From the IMG/VR virus record IMGVR_UViG_3300023033_000001: a stretch of 20,000 nucleotides of DNA. The stretch is one strand, 5' to 3'. Numbering within the stretch: position 1 is the stretch's first letter; each line of letters starts with the position of its first letter. Origin of the DNA: an uncultured virus (IMG/VR IMGVR_UViG_3300023033_000001). Taxonomy: Duplodnaviria > Heunggongvirae > Uroviricota > Caudoviricetes. A program made the position numbers and the translations under genes. Below, one piece after another: positions 1 through 8,729 of this stretch. A model generated the notes under the pieces. It ran no database searches, was not told the origin of the DNA, and worked only from the letters and a program-made list of their open reading frames with translations.

Positions 1-66
1 CCAGTTTACACTGTTTGAGAAATGAGACGCACCGTAATACTGCGATAATTTTACATTGTCAGGCAT
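1..66 (-). CDS. N-terminal fragment of probable tail tube protein (runs off the window)
   Basis: ATG at 66-64 preceded by AGGAGG; reads MPDNVKLSQYYGASHFSNSVNW without a stop. Downstream of the sheath gene, and YGAxHF resembles tube N-termini of large myoviruses. Only 22 codons are visible. Confidence 0.45.
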   Translation of the reverse strand, partial: MPDNVKLSQYYGASHFSNSVNW

Positions 67-86
67 GATAAACCTCCTACTGATTA

Positions 87-1217
87 CTATTTCAGACGGT
101 TGCGTCCGTTATACTTACCAGAAACACCAGGGCACATGCGTGTAAGTTTGACACCGTTTACATGAGCTTCAGTCATGACAGTCATCTGATGATTCTTAGC
201 ATAAATGCGAATGTCGTTCGGATCTTCATTATTCGATTCCTGCGACAAAATGTCTGGGTTGACGTCCAACACATTTTCTTTCTTGGCATCTTTGTCAGAA
301 TCACCTTCGATTTTATCCTCAGATTCCGAGAAATGGATATCATCACCGTCAGGAATAACCGAATTATCAGGAATCGCTTCTACAAGAGAGTTCAAATCAG
401 GTACCTGAGTGTTGATTTCCTCTTCATCTTTCTTTCGTCTTTCAGGTGACTTTGACCACATCATAGCTTCACGAAAAGCACTCGTTGCACTCGAATCATC
501 CGTGAAGTCTTCGAACTCTTTCGTTTTTGTGTAAATCTTTGCGAAAGGTTGGTCACCGCATTCAACGCAGACATCTACTCCTGCATTGTAAGCCTGCGCA
601 CAAACTTTCATTGCATCCTGAAGCGAGTCAAATTCACCGCTGTACTTCTTACGTGTAGCTGAATGCTCACGAGTAATACACGACACCTTGTAAATAGGAT
701 GGTCATCTTCATTTGCCGATGCTTTGCAGATAGAAGAAACCTTGTGCACTTTCTCAGACTTCACTTTCATGCTTATAAGGCGAAGAGATTCAGACTTTCG
801 TTTGCTGAGAAAGCAAATACGTGACGCTTTCATTGTGTCAGCATTAAGAGTGCCCTCGATACAAATAAGGCAACCTTTCTCAAGCGATTTGAGACAGCTC
901 TCTGCAAGGTCACCTTTCGACACTTTAATGTGATAAGTTAAGACTTTTGTTTTATGGTCCTTATCAACAGTCGTGTTCATAACATCAAACATCAACGAAC
1001 GCTTCATTTCGAGAGGGCTGCTGATACGACCGATGATGATGTCCTTTGTTCTTGCTTCGACAGCAAGGTCTTCCTCTGTTGCACCCATTGTTTTGCACAG
1101 AATGTCGAACTCTTTTCGGTCTTCTGCTTCAACCAGAGAATCAGAAATCTCTGTTTTTTCATAACGCCGTACCGACATACGCTGCACACTATTTTTATGC
1201 TCTCGTTTAATAAGCAT
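87..1217 (-). CDS. Hypothetical protein with an internal SSB-like OB-fold domain and an acidic C-terminal region
   Basis: Start revised to ATG 1217 (AGGAGA RBS, MLIKREH, 376 aa); the track's 1424 start overlaps the sheath gene. IIIGRISSPLEMK...YHIKVSKGDLAESCLKSLEKGCLICIEGTL...ASRICFL follows the SSB pattern GR...AE...L.KG..V.VEG.L...A..I.FL. Confidence 0.65.
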   Translation of the reverse strand: MLIKREHKNSVQRMSVRRYEKTEISDSLVEAEDRKEFDILCKTMGATEEDLAVEARTKDIIIGRISSPLEMKRSLMFDVMNTTVDKDHKTKVLTYHIKVSKGDLAESCLKSLEKGCLICIEGTLNADTMKASRICFLSKRKSESLRLISMKVKSEKVHKVSSICKASANEDDHPIYKVSCITREHSATRKKYSGEFDSLQDAMKVCAQAYNAGVDVCVECGDQPFAKIYTKTKEFEDFTDDSSATSAFREAMMWSKSPERRKKDEEEINTQVPDLNSLVEAIPDNSVIPDGDDIHFSESEDKIEGDSDKDAKKENVLDVNPDILSQESNNEDPNDIRIYAKNHQMTVMTEAHVNGVKLTRMCPGVSGKYNGRNRLK

Positions 1218-1278
1218 GGTTTTATCTCCTATATCGTATGAATTATTCAGAATTTCAAATTCACAATCCATGTAAACG

Positions 1279-1338
1279 TCCTGTACGGCGAGTAAACAGA
1301 TCCCAGAATTTACTGTCTGTTTCGATAGCCGTACAGGA
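1279..1338. other. Extended intergenic stem-loop
   Basis: TCCTGTACGGC (1279-1289) pairs with GCCGTACAGGA (1328-1338); inner AAACAGA (1294-1300) pairs with TCTGTTT (1316-1322). No clear U-tract. Confidence 0.7.
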
Positions 1339-1353
1339 TATAACAGTGGTGTC

Positions 1354-4320
1354 TTAGATTGCTCCGGATTCAACTGTATTTGCTGACGAATCAACAATGA
1401 AATCAACAGTAAAGATTTCAGCATCAGGAACGAACTGTAAATGAATCACGCCGTTGATTTTACGCTGTGCAATCAATTCTGGTGATGTCGTGTCGAAACC
1501 CATTGCAACAGAATACTGTGCAAGACCTCCAAGTGCGTATATAGGTTCAAGAATGCTTGAAGAAACGTACTGTTTCCATTTCTGCCAAAGAGAACGGTCA
1601 TTAAGCGAGAATGTCAGTGTGTTCGTATACCGATCAACCTGCTGGTGGATATACACGAGAGTTCTTGCGATATGGGCTGCACTCAAATCGGTGTATTTGT
1701 AATTCAAGGTTTCATTTCCGTAAATTTGAACACCAAGTACGCCCAAATCGAAAATAGGATTGATTCGATGATTGATAAGTTTATTTCGTTCTGTCTTTGT
1801 GGATGGATTGCGAATAACAGAAACACCGTCAGGAAGTTTACCACCCTGCTCACCGGCAACAGGATAGAACGTACCACGTGTACGATATGAAGCAAGGCCA
1901 CGCATGATGACGAGATAACATGGCGACATGTCAACACGTACAGTATTCGAAAGGACACCGTTATTCAGTTTCTGACAGGTCACACGAACCCAATCCCAAT
2001 ACATCTCACAGTAAAAACTCTGATCACCATAAGTAACAGGCTCAGACATGCCGTATTCCCATAGGTCAGAAAATTCACCAAGAGAGTTTACCCAGTTGCA
2101 CGCATCATCCAGCGACATACCATATGGAGTTGTAAATATGCATGTCAAATCCTTACGGTCAGCTGCAATCTGTTTTAGGTAGTAATGTAATACACGTCTT
2201 GGAGACTCCTCCTCCTCTATTTTTTCAGGAAGATGGACAAGGTTTCCATCTTCATCTGTAACCATCGCAGAAAGCTCGGAAATAAAACATCCGTTATATG
2301 CAGGATTCTTGAACTCTTCAAAAGCACGCTGATAATCACCAACACCGAACGCCATTTTGCCCTGTGATAGAATAATTGGTTCTCCACAAGTATGTCCGCT
2401 TTTAACGACCGAACGTAAAGTCTCCACAACATCCGTACCATTAGCCTCATAGGGTTCCATGAGCGTAAACGACAGATAACTGCCCAATACAGAGTTCAAC
2501 GACTCCATGAAAGCACCGTTTGATAAACCCTCCGCCAGTGAAACACGTGTTGAAACAATCACATTCTGGTCAGGATTCGATTCATCATAATGAGAATACA
2601 GACGCACATCCATTGCATACAGACCCAAAGATTTCGGTTTTAGCTGTATCAATTTTGTCATCAAGTAGAGTTCATCTGTGATACTCGAAATAACATCAGC
2701 ATAAGGCTTTGTCGCAGCCGTGTGTTTAACAGAAACCTCAAGACCATCTGTGAAAGGGATTTCAACACCCTCAGAATTCTTCTGCTTCTGGAATGTGACT
2801 TTTGTCTTGATTTCGCTGTCAACCATAACGGTCTCGACCTTGTAGTCAATCCCATCAACCATGTATGTGCACGACACAGGGCTGTTAGCCACATAAAGCC
2901 GTGTTTCACCAGAACCAGTAGATGCAAACGTAATCAGATTATTTGTCTTCGCATCTTCGTATTCCGTTGCATCGTAAAGTACTTCACCACCTAAAAGCGT
3001 GCAGGGCACGACACCCGGTAGAAAACGACCAAGCATGTCATCCGTTTTTACAGAAGCATCAACAGGATTACGTTTTTGATTGATTGCACATGCTAGTGCA
3101 ACATTCATCCCGAACTTCGTATTTGTTGAAGCCATCTTAACGCTTGACGGATATGTTGCAAACATACCGACAGGTGCAAGAGCACCCGAAGTGTCCGACC
3201 CAGTAGAGACTCTCGACAGAATCACGACATAATCATTGTCTTCAATGGCACTCTTGACATCTTCCTGCGAATACCAGTCAGTGTCGGTCGTGTCTATGGC
3301 AATAATGGATTTCTGTGAAGCCCCCATAGCTGAAAGTTTCCCGAAAGCGTCTGCAAGATCAAATTCAGGTTCAGACGAAGGGAACGGAACAAAAATAAAT
3401 TCGCCACACCCCGCAGAATTGAACCAGTACGTAATAATCTCATACACAGGCGAACTGTCATCAATTCCATAAATATTGCGAAGTTTAGCCAAGTCTCCGA
3501 TTTTCCAGATACCATGATAGTTACCGACGCCACCCTCAAGGGCAGTCCAGTCCGATAGCTCAGTTAAAAGCTCTTCATCGCTCTTGTCAAAAGAACCATA
3601 CACTACAGTGTTTGAGTCAAACGAGTTAGCAACTGTATCACCACTGGAAGAAAGATTTTCAATCTCTTTGTATCCATCAGAACCCTTTTCACCTACATGT
3701 ACTGTATAAATGCTTCCTGTTTCGACACCATCCTGCATGGTGGATTCACGTGAAACCTTGACAGCAATGTTGTTACCGAAAGCACCCATTCGACGCATAA
3801 AAATTGTATTGGTTGAATCAAGTTCTTTCTTGGCTACCTTGTCAAGCGTACCGAAAGCAGTCTCGAAACCAAGCACAGGAATCCCATTCCCATTCGTTAT
3901 ATCTGAAAGTTTCGTGTAACCGTCAATAAGAAGAACACCGTCTTCATCTGTACGCATTATATCTGTGAAAGTGTCTTTCTTTGAATCATCATTCAACAGA
4001 CAAATAAACTCAGCAGGATCACCAGAGGGTACTTTGCTGATATAAACAGAAAAACCAGTACGTACAATTTCACGAACTGCATAAAGGTCACGATACTTTT
4101 CAGGGTCAATACGTGGGTCACCAAACACACGGTCAAGCGTGTCTGTATCTTGAATAAATACAGGTTCATAAACAAGTTCCTCCGAATCTGACTTGGGCTT
4201 CGGTCCCCACGGCGTGACACACGCGAACAGTCCGGCGAAATCGGGTGCGTTCTTGATAAGCGAATTGTCCTTGATATATGTCTGGACATACGCCGCCTCT
4301 CTCGTAGTTGTAGGTTTCAT
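1354..4320 (-). CDS. Contractile tail sheath protein (T4 gp18-like), 988 aa
   Basis: Start ATG 4320 after AGGAG. N-terminal TPWGP...EPVFI...LDRVFGDP and C-terminal PVAGEQGG...ERNKLINHRINPI...IYGNETL...HIARTL...FSLND..LW...INGVIHLQFVPDAEIFTVDF are hallmark sheath motifs. Confidence 0.93.
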   Translation of the reverse strand: MKPTTTREAAYVQTYIKDNSLIKNAPDFAGLFACVTPWGPKPKSDSEELVYEPVFIQDTDTLDRVFGDPRIDPEKYRDLYAVREIVRTGFSVYISKVPSGDPAEFICLLNDDSKKDTFTDIMRTDEDGVLLIDGYTKLSDITNGNGIPVLGFETAFGTLDKVAKKELDSTNTIFMRRMGAFGNNIAVKVSRESTMQDGVETGSIYTVHVGEKGSDGYKEIENLSSSGDTVANSFDSNTVVYGSFDKSDEELLTELSDWTALEGGVGNYHGIWKIGDLAKLRNIYGIDDSSPVYEIITYWFNSAGCGEFIFVPFPSSEPEFDLADAFGKLSAMGASQKSIIAIDTTDTDWYSQEDVKSAIEDNDYVVILSRVSTGSDTSGALAPVGMFATYPSSVKMASTNTKFGMNVALACAINQKRNPVDASVKTDDMLGRFLPGVVPCTLLGGEVLYDATEYEDAKTNNLITFASTGSGETRLYVANSPVSCTYMVDGIDYKVETVMVDSEIKTKVTFQKQKNSEGVEIPFTDGLEVSVKHTAATKPYADVISSITDELYLMTKLIQLKPKSLGLYAMDVRLYSHYDESNPDQNVIVSTRVSLAEGLSNGAFMESLNSVLGSYLSFTLMEPYEANGTDVVETLRSVVKSGHTCGEPIILSQGKMAFGVGDYQRAFEEFKNPAYNGCFISELSAMVTDEDGNLVHLPEKIEEEESPRRVLHYYLKQIAADRKDLTCIFTTPYGMSLDDACNWVNSLGEFSDLWEYGMSEPVTYGDQSFYCEMYWDWVRVTCQKLNNGVLSNTVRVDMSPCYLVIMRGLASYRTRGTFYPVAGEQGGKLPDGVSVIRNPSTKTERNKLINHRINPIFDLGVLGVQIYGNETLNYKYTDLSAAHIARTLVYIHQQVDRYTNTLTFSLNDRSLWQKWKQYVSSSILEPIYALGGLAQYSVAMGFDTTSPELIAQRKINGVIHLQFVPDAEIFTVDFIVDSSANTVESGAI

Positions 4321-4484
4321 AAGCATCTCCTTTTCGTTGTACAACGTAAAATCGTGCCCGTGCGGGTCAGCACCGATGTGCGCACAACAGGTGAAGACCT
4401 TAGATGCACATACGGCACGTAAATATATACGTCAAAATTTGATAAATAAACGTCATGATGTGCTTATGGCTAGGAAACAAAGAC

Positions 4485-4491
4485 ACATAAG
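4485..4491 (-). promoter_or_regulatory. Candidate late-promoter motif CTTATGT upstream of the sheath gene
   Basis: The same heptamer is intergenic on the minus strand at 6461-6467, 14115-14121 and 17063-17069. Confidence 0.5.
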
Positions 4492-4513
4492 ACTTTCAGA
4501 CATATACTGTCGG

Positions 4514-4696
4514 TCACTCGCCAACAGGTACAATGCGTGTCTCTATGCGATGGTCTTCACCACGAAGACATAGCAAAAAGTTTGTCCAGACACGACCCCT
4601 AAATGCATTGAAATGAGCAACAATGTATGAATCAAACGTCTTATACTGACGCCATTCAGAATCATTAACACGTTTCAGTTCAATCTGATACTTCAT
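4514..4696 (-). CDS. Small hypothetical protein (60 aa)
   Basis: GAAAGGA RBS before ATG 4696 (MKYQIELK); fills the gap between the terminator and the sheath leader. Confidence 0.65.
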   Translation of the reverse strand: MKYQIELKRVNDSEWRQYKTFDSYIVAHFNAFRGRVWTNFLLCLRGEDHRIETRIVPVGE

Positions 4697-4711
4697 TGCA
4701 CTCAATCCTTT

Positions 4712-4756
4712 CAAAAAAGAAAAAGCCCGTTAGACAATATTGTCTAACGGGCTTTT
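4712..4756 (-). terminator. Rho-independent terminator built on a perfect 36-bp palindrome
   Basis: AAAAGCCCGTTAGACAATATTGTCTAACGGGCTTTT (4721-4756) is self-complementary, is followed on the minus strand by a long U-tract, and lies just after the stop at 4783. Confidence 0.85.
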
Positions 4757-4782
4757 GATTTCACATAGAAGTAAATCTACAT

Positions 4783-5478
4783 TTAACAACGACGATAACG
4801 ACGTGTTCTCATCGTAGTTTTGCGTGATTCCTTGGCATCTTCTAAGGATTCTTCAAGGTTCTCAATAATGTCGTCAAGTTCGCCACAGACTGAGCTATAA
4901 ACATCATCAGCTTCGCCGGACACTTTGTCGTTGTAATACTCAACTTCCCACTGCAAATGTTTCACGCCAATAGCAAATACATTTTCAAAGTCTTCATCTG
5001 AATTGATCACAGGAATGCCGTTGTCCAAAAACTGAACATCATCCTCGAATGAGAGGTCATCAAAAAGATCCGCAAAGGGAACTTCAATTTCATCAACACG
5101 ACCATGATCGTTCATGGCATAAGCAACGTCTTCGTCGAAATTGATGTCACGATATTCTTTTGCTTCATCCAGAGCTTCCTGAATAGCACTACGTGAGTTA
5201 TCTGCGGACATGAACGTATGACCTGTAACATCGCTAAGACGCAAAGATTCCGGATAAACCGTATGGAAAATCAGTGAGGTTTCCGTCACATCTTCGAGTT
5301 TCATGTAACCTTCATAAGGAAGTTCCTGACCGATACTGTCTCTTGTGGAAACATAGACTGAATCCCCGTCACTTGAACCACACTGGTCAAATGCTTCTGC
5401 CACCATATCGTAAAAGTCGTCGCGGCCAATCTGCTTACGGCTTTCAAATTTACGTCTATTTCGTTGTTTCTTAATCAT
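4783..5478 (-). CDS. Acidic hypothetical protein with basic N- and C-terminal peptides (possible internal head protein), 231 aa
   Basis: Start revised to ATG 5478 (AGGAGG RBS, MIKKQRNRRKFES); D/E-rich core; ends KESRKTTMRTRRYRRC. Confidence 0.75.
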   Translation of the reverse strand: MIKKQRNRRKFESRKQIGRDDFYDMVAEAFDQCGSSDGDSVYVSTRDSIGQELPYEGYMKLEDVTETSLIFHTVYPESLRLSDVTGHTFMSADNSRSAIQEALDEAKEYRDINFDEDVAYAMNDHGRVDEIEVPFADLFDDLSFEDDVQFLDNGIPVINSDEDFENVFAIGVKHLQWEVEYYNDKVSGEADDVYSSVCGELDDIIENLEESLEDAKESRKTTMRTRRYRRC

Positions 5479-5479
5479 A

Positions 5480-6103
5480 CTAAACCTCCTCACCATTATC
5501 GTAATCATCAGGATAAATACCGTCGAGAAGGTAATCATTCGGGTTGACTTCTTCGATACGAAGGTTTTCACGTACATAAAGCTGTGGATCAACGTACAGA
5601 TAACCATAGGCGTCCAAGGCCTGATCGCAGAGATCATACCAACGGTCATCACCAATACGGTTACAGATTTCATCCATGCTCATGTCTTTTATGCTTTCGA
5701 CTTCTTCAGGTGTAAAGCCATATTTCTCAGGGTCATCGAGAATGGCGTCACGTGCATAATCACCCTGAATGTCATAGATTTCATCATCAGGAACGAGCAG
5801 GTAGCTCGCGTTTTCTGCGCACCAACCGACAGCAGTTTCAAGAATCGTTTCAAGAGCACTATCGCTACCCCATACGAGCATCGTGTCAAGGAAGTATCCA
5901 TGACCGGGCCAAATACCTACCTGAAAGAGATGATCGCAGTAATTGGCATCCTCTGGATTGATGCATCCGAACGTCGTGCGCATCTCACGTTCTTTACCAT
6001 CGTAACTGCTCACGTAACCCTCGCAACGACGCTTTCCAGAAGTTTTCTGCTGTGCGCTTGAGTAATGTGTTCGTAACGTGTGTTTCTTAACTTCTTTGAC
6101 CAT
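5480..6103 (-). CDS. Acidic hypothetical protein with basic leader, 207 aa
   Basis: GGAGGA RBS before ATG 6103; tightly packed with its neighbours; leader ends KRRCEG. Confidence 0.75.
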   Translation of the reverse strand: MVKEVKKHTLRTHYSSAQQKTSGKRRCEGYVSSYDGKEREMRTTFGCINPEDANYCDHLFQVGIWPGHGYFLDTMLVWGSDSALETILETAVGWCAENASYLLVPDDEIYDIQGDYARDAILDDPEKYGFTPEEVESIKDMSMDEICNRIGDDRWYDLCDQALDAYGYLYVDPQLYVRENLRIEEVNPNDYLLDGIYPDDYDNGEEV

Positions 6104-6422
6104 AACCAAATCCTCCCAAGAGATTATTCACTAAAGGCGAAACCATTATATACTTCAAAAATGACGATACCCACGACCGCAGCACCATCAAAGTATCGTT
6201 GTAATACATCTGCCGGAACCTAATGTCATGTTTGAAGTAAAACTCATGCCGTACCTCGTCATACGAAATACTGCGCAAAACTCTGTCACACTCCATTAAT
6301 TTTGATTTCCGAAGTTCCATTTTTGGTATCTGCACAAAACACAAAATGCCTTGTGCCTGAACACGTTTAACAAGAACATCGGCATAACCGTTGTCGTATG
6401 GGTTCCTAATTGCAAATCTCAT
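6087..6422 (-). CDS. Hypothetical protein (111 aa)
   Basis: Probable ATG 6422 (MRFAIRNPYD), weak RBS; overlaps the next gene by 17 nt. Confidence 0.6.
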   Translation of the reverse strand: MRFAIRNPYDNGYADVLVKRVQAQGILCFVQIPKMELRKSKLMECDRVLRSISYDEVRHEFYFKHDIRFRQMYYNDTLMVLRSWVSSFLKYIMVSPLVNNLLGGFGYGQRS

Positions 6423-6444
6423 AGTACGACCGACCTGTGGTGCT

Positions 6445-6473
6445 GTGAAACAAAAGACACACATAAGTATGAT
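6445..6473 (+). promoter_or_regulatory. Sigma70-like promoter for the plus-strand gene
   Basis: GTGAAA (6445-6450), 17-nt spacer, TATGAT (6468-6473), upstream of ATG 6541. Confidence 0.45.
6461..6467 (-). promoter_or_regulatory. Candidate late-promoter motif CTTATGT
   Basis: Heads the minus-strand cluster 6422-4783, which needs its own promoter because the upstream gene is divergent. Context CTTATGTGTGTCTTTTGTTTC resembles CTTATGTGTCTTTGTTTC at 4474-4491. Confidence 0.5.
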
Positions 6474-6540
6474 AGAACTAATAGACGAGACCAAAAGTCT
6501 TGGTCTTTTTGTTACTCACATGTGACTCAGAGGTAATGAC

Positions 6541-7683
6541 ATGAAAAAGGAAAAGTTTGAGACAAAAGAATTCATCACATTTGACACGGTATATGGCGAC
6601 AATCAGATAAACATCGACATACCACGTGAAAGATTTGACATTGAAAACTGCACGGTATGGCTCACATCGGAGCAGATAAGCGATATGTGCAATGTGACGG
6701 TCAACTTCATTAAGGCCACCCGTATAATGAAAAGCGGAGTGTTTGACGATGACACGTGTGTACGGTACGGAATGCCGGAGACGATGTACAACCTGTCTGT
6801 TTCACTCATGCTCCTACTAGAATACGCACCAACAGTTGCCAACAGATTCATCGCATTCGTTACTAAAAAACTCTGCGAACTCTACCTTGAAAACAGTCTC
6901 AAAGAGGAAGTCACTCTGAAAGAACTGCCGTTAAAAATGAAAGCCATCACGAACGAGTTCGAGAAGTTTAAAAAGAAAAACGAAGATTTGGAAGCACGGC
7001 TCAAACAAATGAGTGACGATATCGACTTGCTGAAACGAACAAGCAAACAATCAACTGACGATGTTATGAAAGTTCTTGAAACCAAAGTGAAGAAAGAAAC
7101 TAACACAGACGCCGAGAAACTTCGACGTATCACCGAAAACGAAATGCAAAAGAGACTAAATCAGGAAAAGTTCTGTGATAACGTTGCCAACGACGAGTTT
7201 TTTACTGTTCCGGACTTCATGCACCTGCCATCCATCCAGAAGTTGTTCCTACTTAAAGGAATCAGTGACCAGTCACGATTATTCACCATGATTAAAAGTG
7301 TAATCACAACACAGGCCAACTACGGTGTTCGTGCAGAAATGTCCAAAACATTATGTATCTCTGCATACGAATCCAGTGAACTGTTCGACAAGATTATGTG
7401 CTCGTGGAAATCAGACAATCCAAGACCTATCGGTACGTTGGTTTCATTTCATTCAAAGGAAAAGATCGACAAGATTATTCGGCACGTAAAGACGTACACG
7501 TTTTATAGAGACGGTGAAACAAAGTACAACTGCCTTGCATCATACCCGTACAAACTTCTACGCGATGCCGTAAAAGCCGCAATACAATTCAACAAGTTCG
7601 ATGAAGTTCTGGACACGATAAAAAGCGTACTGGCAACGGATGATGAAATCGACAGCTTGGTAAAACAGTATCTCAACACATGA
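6541..7683 (+). CDS. RhuM-like N-terminal domain protein with coiled coil (putative DNA-binding/antirepressor-like)
   Basis: GAGGT RBS. TVWLTSEQISDMCNV...IMKSGVFD...YNLSV...ANRFIAFVTKKLCE matches the RhuM-family pattern TVWLTQ.QMA.LF...IF..GEL...YNLD...A..FR.WAT..L.E; heptad-rich segment around aa 125-205. It is the only convincing plus-strand gene. Confidence 0.7.
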   Translation: MKKEKFETKEFITFDTVYGDNQINIDIPRERFDIENCTVWLTSEQISDMCNVTVNFIKATRIMKSGVFDDDTCVRYGMPETMYNLSVSLMLLLEYAPTVANRFIAFVTKKLCELYLENSLKEEVTLKELPLKMKAITNEFEKFKKKNEDLEARLKQMSDDIDLLKRTSKQSTDDVMKVLETKVKKETNTDAEKLRRITENEMQKRLNQEKFCDNVANDEFFTVPDFMHLPSIQKLFLLKGISDQSRLFTMIKSVITTQANYGVRAEMSKTLCISAYESSELFDKIMCSWKSDNPRPIGTLVSFHSKEKIDKIIRHVKTYTFYRDGETKYNCLASYPYKLLRDAVKAAIQFNKFDEVLDTIKSVLATDDEIDSLVKQYLNT

Positions 7684-7687
7684 TACG

Positions 7688-7720
7688 AAAAAAGGCACTC
7701 ATTTGAGTGCCTTTTCTTTT
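7688..7720. terminator. Bidirectional rho-independent terminator
   Basis: AAAAGGCACTC-ATTT-GAGTGCCTTTT with A- and T-tracts on either side, between convergent stops at 7683 and 7724. Confidence 0.9.
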
Positions 7721-7723
7721 ACG

Positions 7724-8332
7724 CTATCGTTTACCATAGCGGCTTTCTTGCTTCTGACCAAACATCTCTCCAAACCATTCTTCCATATCAGAAGCATAAC
7801 TGGAATAGAGATTACCATTGCCTTTCACTTTAGTACCTCGACATACTGCAATAACAGGGTATGCCTCATCATAAGTGAGTTGACCTCTGTAAGAGCTTGA
7901 GTCTTTGCACATTTTCCTTATGGCAACAGCAACAGGCGTGTCATGCCAGTACACGTAAAGACAATGCTGTATTACGTCTTTACGGTTTGAGCATGCCGAA
8001 GCATCCGTGTAATAAGTTTCAAGTGCAAACCTATGTTCCAGTGAAGACTTTCCGAACAATCGTTCCAAAACTTCGAACAAAGCATCCCACACATCGGTAC
8101 GTTTTTTGTCGTTAAGGCACCCGAAAGCGGCCATGGCGTACATATAATCATAAGCATCTAAACCGAGAAGGTTCTCTTCCAACCATTCAGAAAACTCCTG
8201 AACTGATTTGTCACGGAACTTCCATGCGAGCTTCACCAGATACTTAAAATTCTTAAAGTCCGTAGCATTTAAGTAAGAAGCACCTAACGATTCCTTACGA
8301 ATCAAAGATTTTCTCTTGTATGTAATAAGCAT
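7724..8332 (-). CDS. Hypothetical protein with basic leader (202 aa)
   Basis: Start revised to ATG 8332 (AGGAGA RBS, MLITYKRKSLIRKES); ends KQESRYGKR. Confidence 0.75.
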   Translation of the reverse strand: MLITYKRKSLIRKESLGASYLNATDFKNFKYLVKLAWKFRDKSVQEFSEWLEENLLGLDAYDYMYAMAAFGCLNDKKRTDVWDALFEVLERLFGKSSLEHRFALETYYTDASACSNRKDVIQHCLYVYWHDTPVAVAIRKMCKDSSSYRGQLTYDEAYPVIAVCRGTKVKGNGNLYSSYASDMEEWFGEMFGQKQESRYGKR

Positions 8333-8345
8333 ACAGCATCTCCTG

Positions 8346-8729
8346 TTAATCAAAGTTGTTGTTTTCAGGCTCTTCTCCACCTTCCTCTGGTACAGGTTCT
8401 TCTCCTTCTGGTGCAGCTTCTTCACCACCCTCACCACCTGTTTCTTCATCAGAACCGTTACCACTGTCTTCGGCATTCTCAGCTTCAGCTTCTGCAGCAT
8501 CCAAGTCAATACCGATATTAGACAAGGCTTCTTCGATACGGTCAATAACTGCCTCACCTCGTGCAACACGGTCAGACAATGTGGACACAAGTTCCTGCAA
8601 CTGTGCAAGAACCACATCGAAACCCAACGAGACACGGTCAGAAGGCTGACTGTCTTCCATTGCACGTGTCTTCGTCAATGACTTAACGAAATCCTGTGAA
8701 GCAATTTCAAGTTTATCGTTTCTGTACAT
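8346..8729 (-). CDS. Small coiled-coil protein with Glu/Gly-rich tail (prohead core/scaffold-like)
   Basis: GGAG RBS; amphipathic helix VLAQLQELVSTLSDRVARGEAVIDRIEEAL followed by a low-complexity acidic tail. Function is inferred. Confidence 0.7.
   Translation of the reverse strand: MYRNDKLEIASQDFVKSLTKTRAMEDSQPSDRVSLGFDVVLAQLQELVSTLSDRVARGEAVIDRIEEALSNIGIDLDAAEAEAENAEDSGNGSDEETGGEGGEEAAPEGEEPVPEEGGEEPENNNFD

Noticed and set aside
1218..1424. N-terminal extensions given by the ORF track (also 5479-5673, 8333-8665, 9356-9505, 17048-17140)
   Set aside because: They overlap upstream genes in another frame, and each ORF has a downstream ATG with a strong Shine-Dalgarno sequence.
8356..8500. Repetitive CTTC/CACC-rich DNA
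   Set aside because: It is explained by the Glu/Gly low-complexity tail of the encoded protein.
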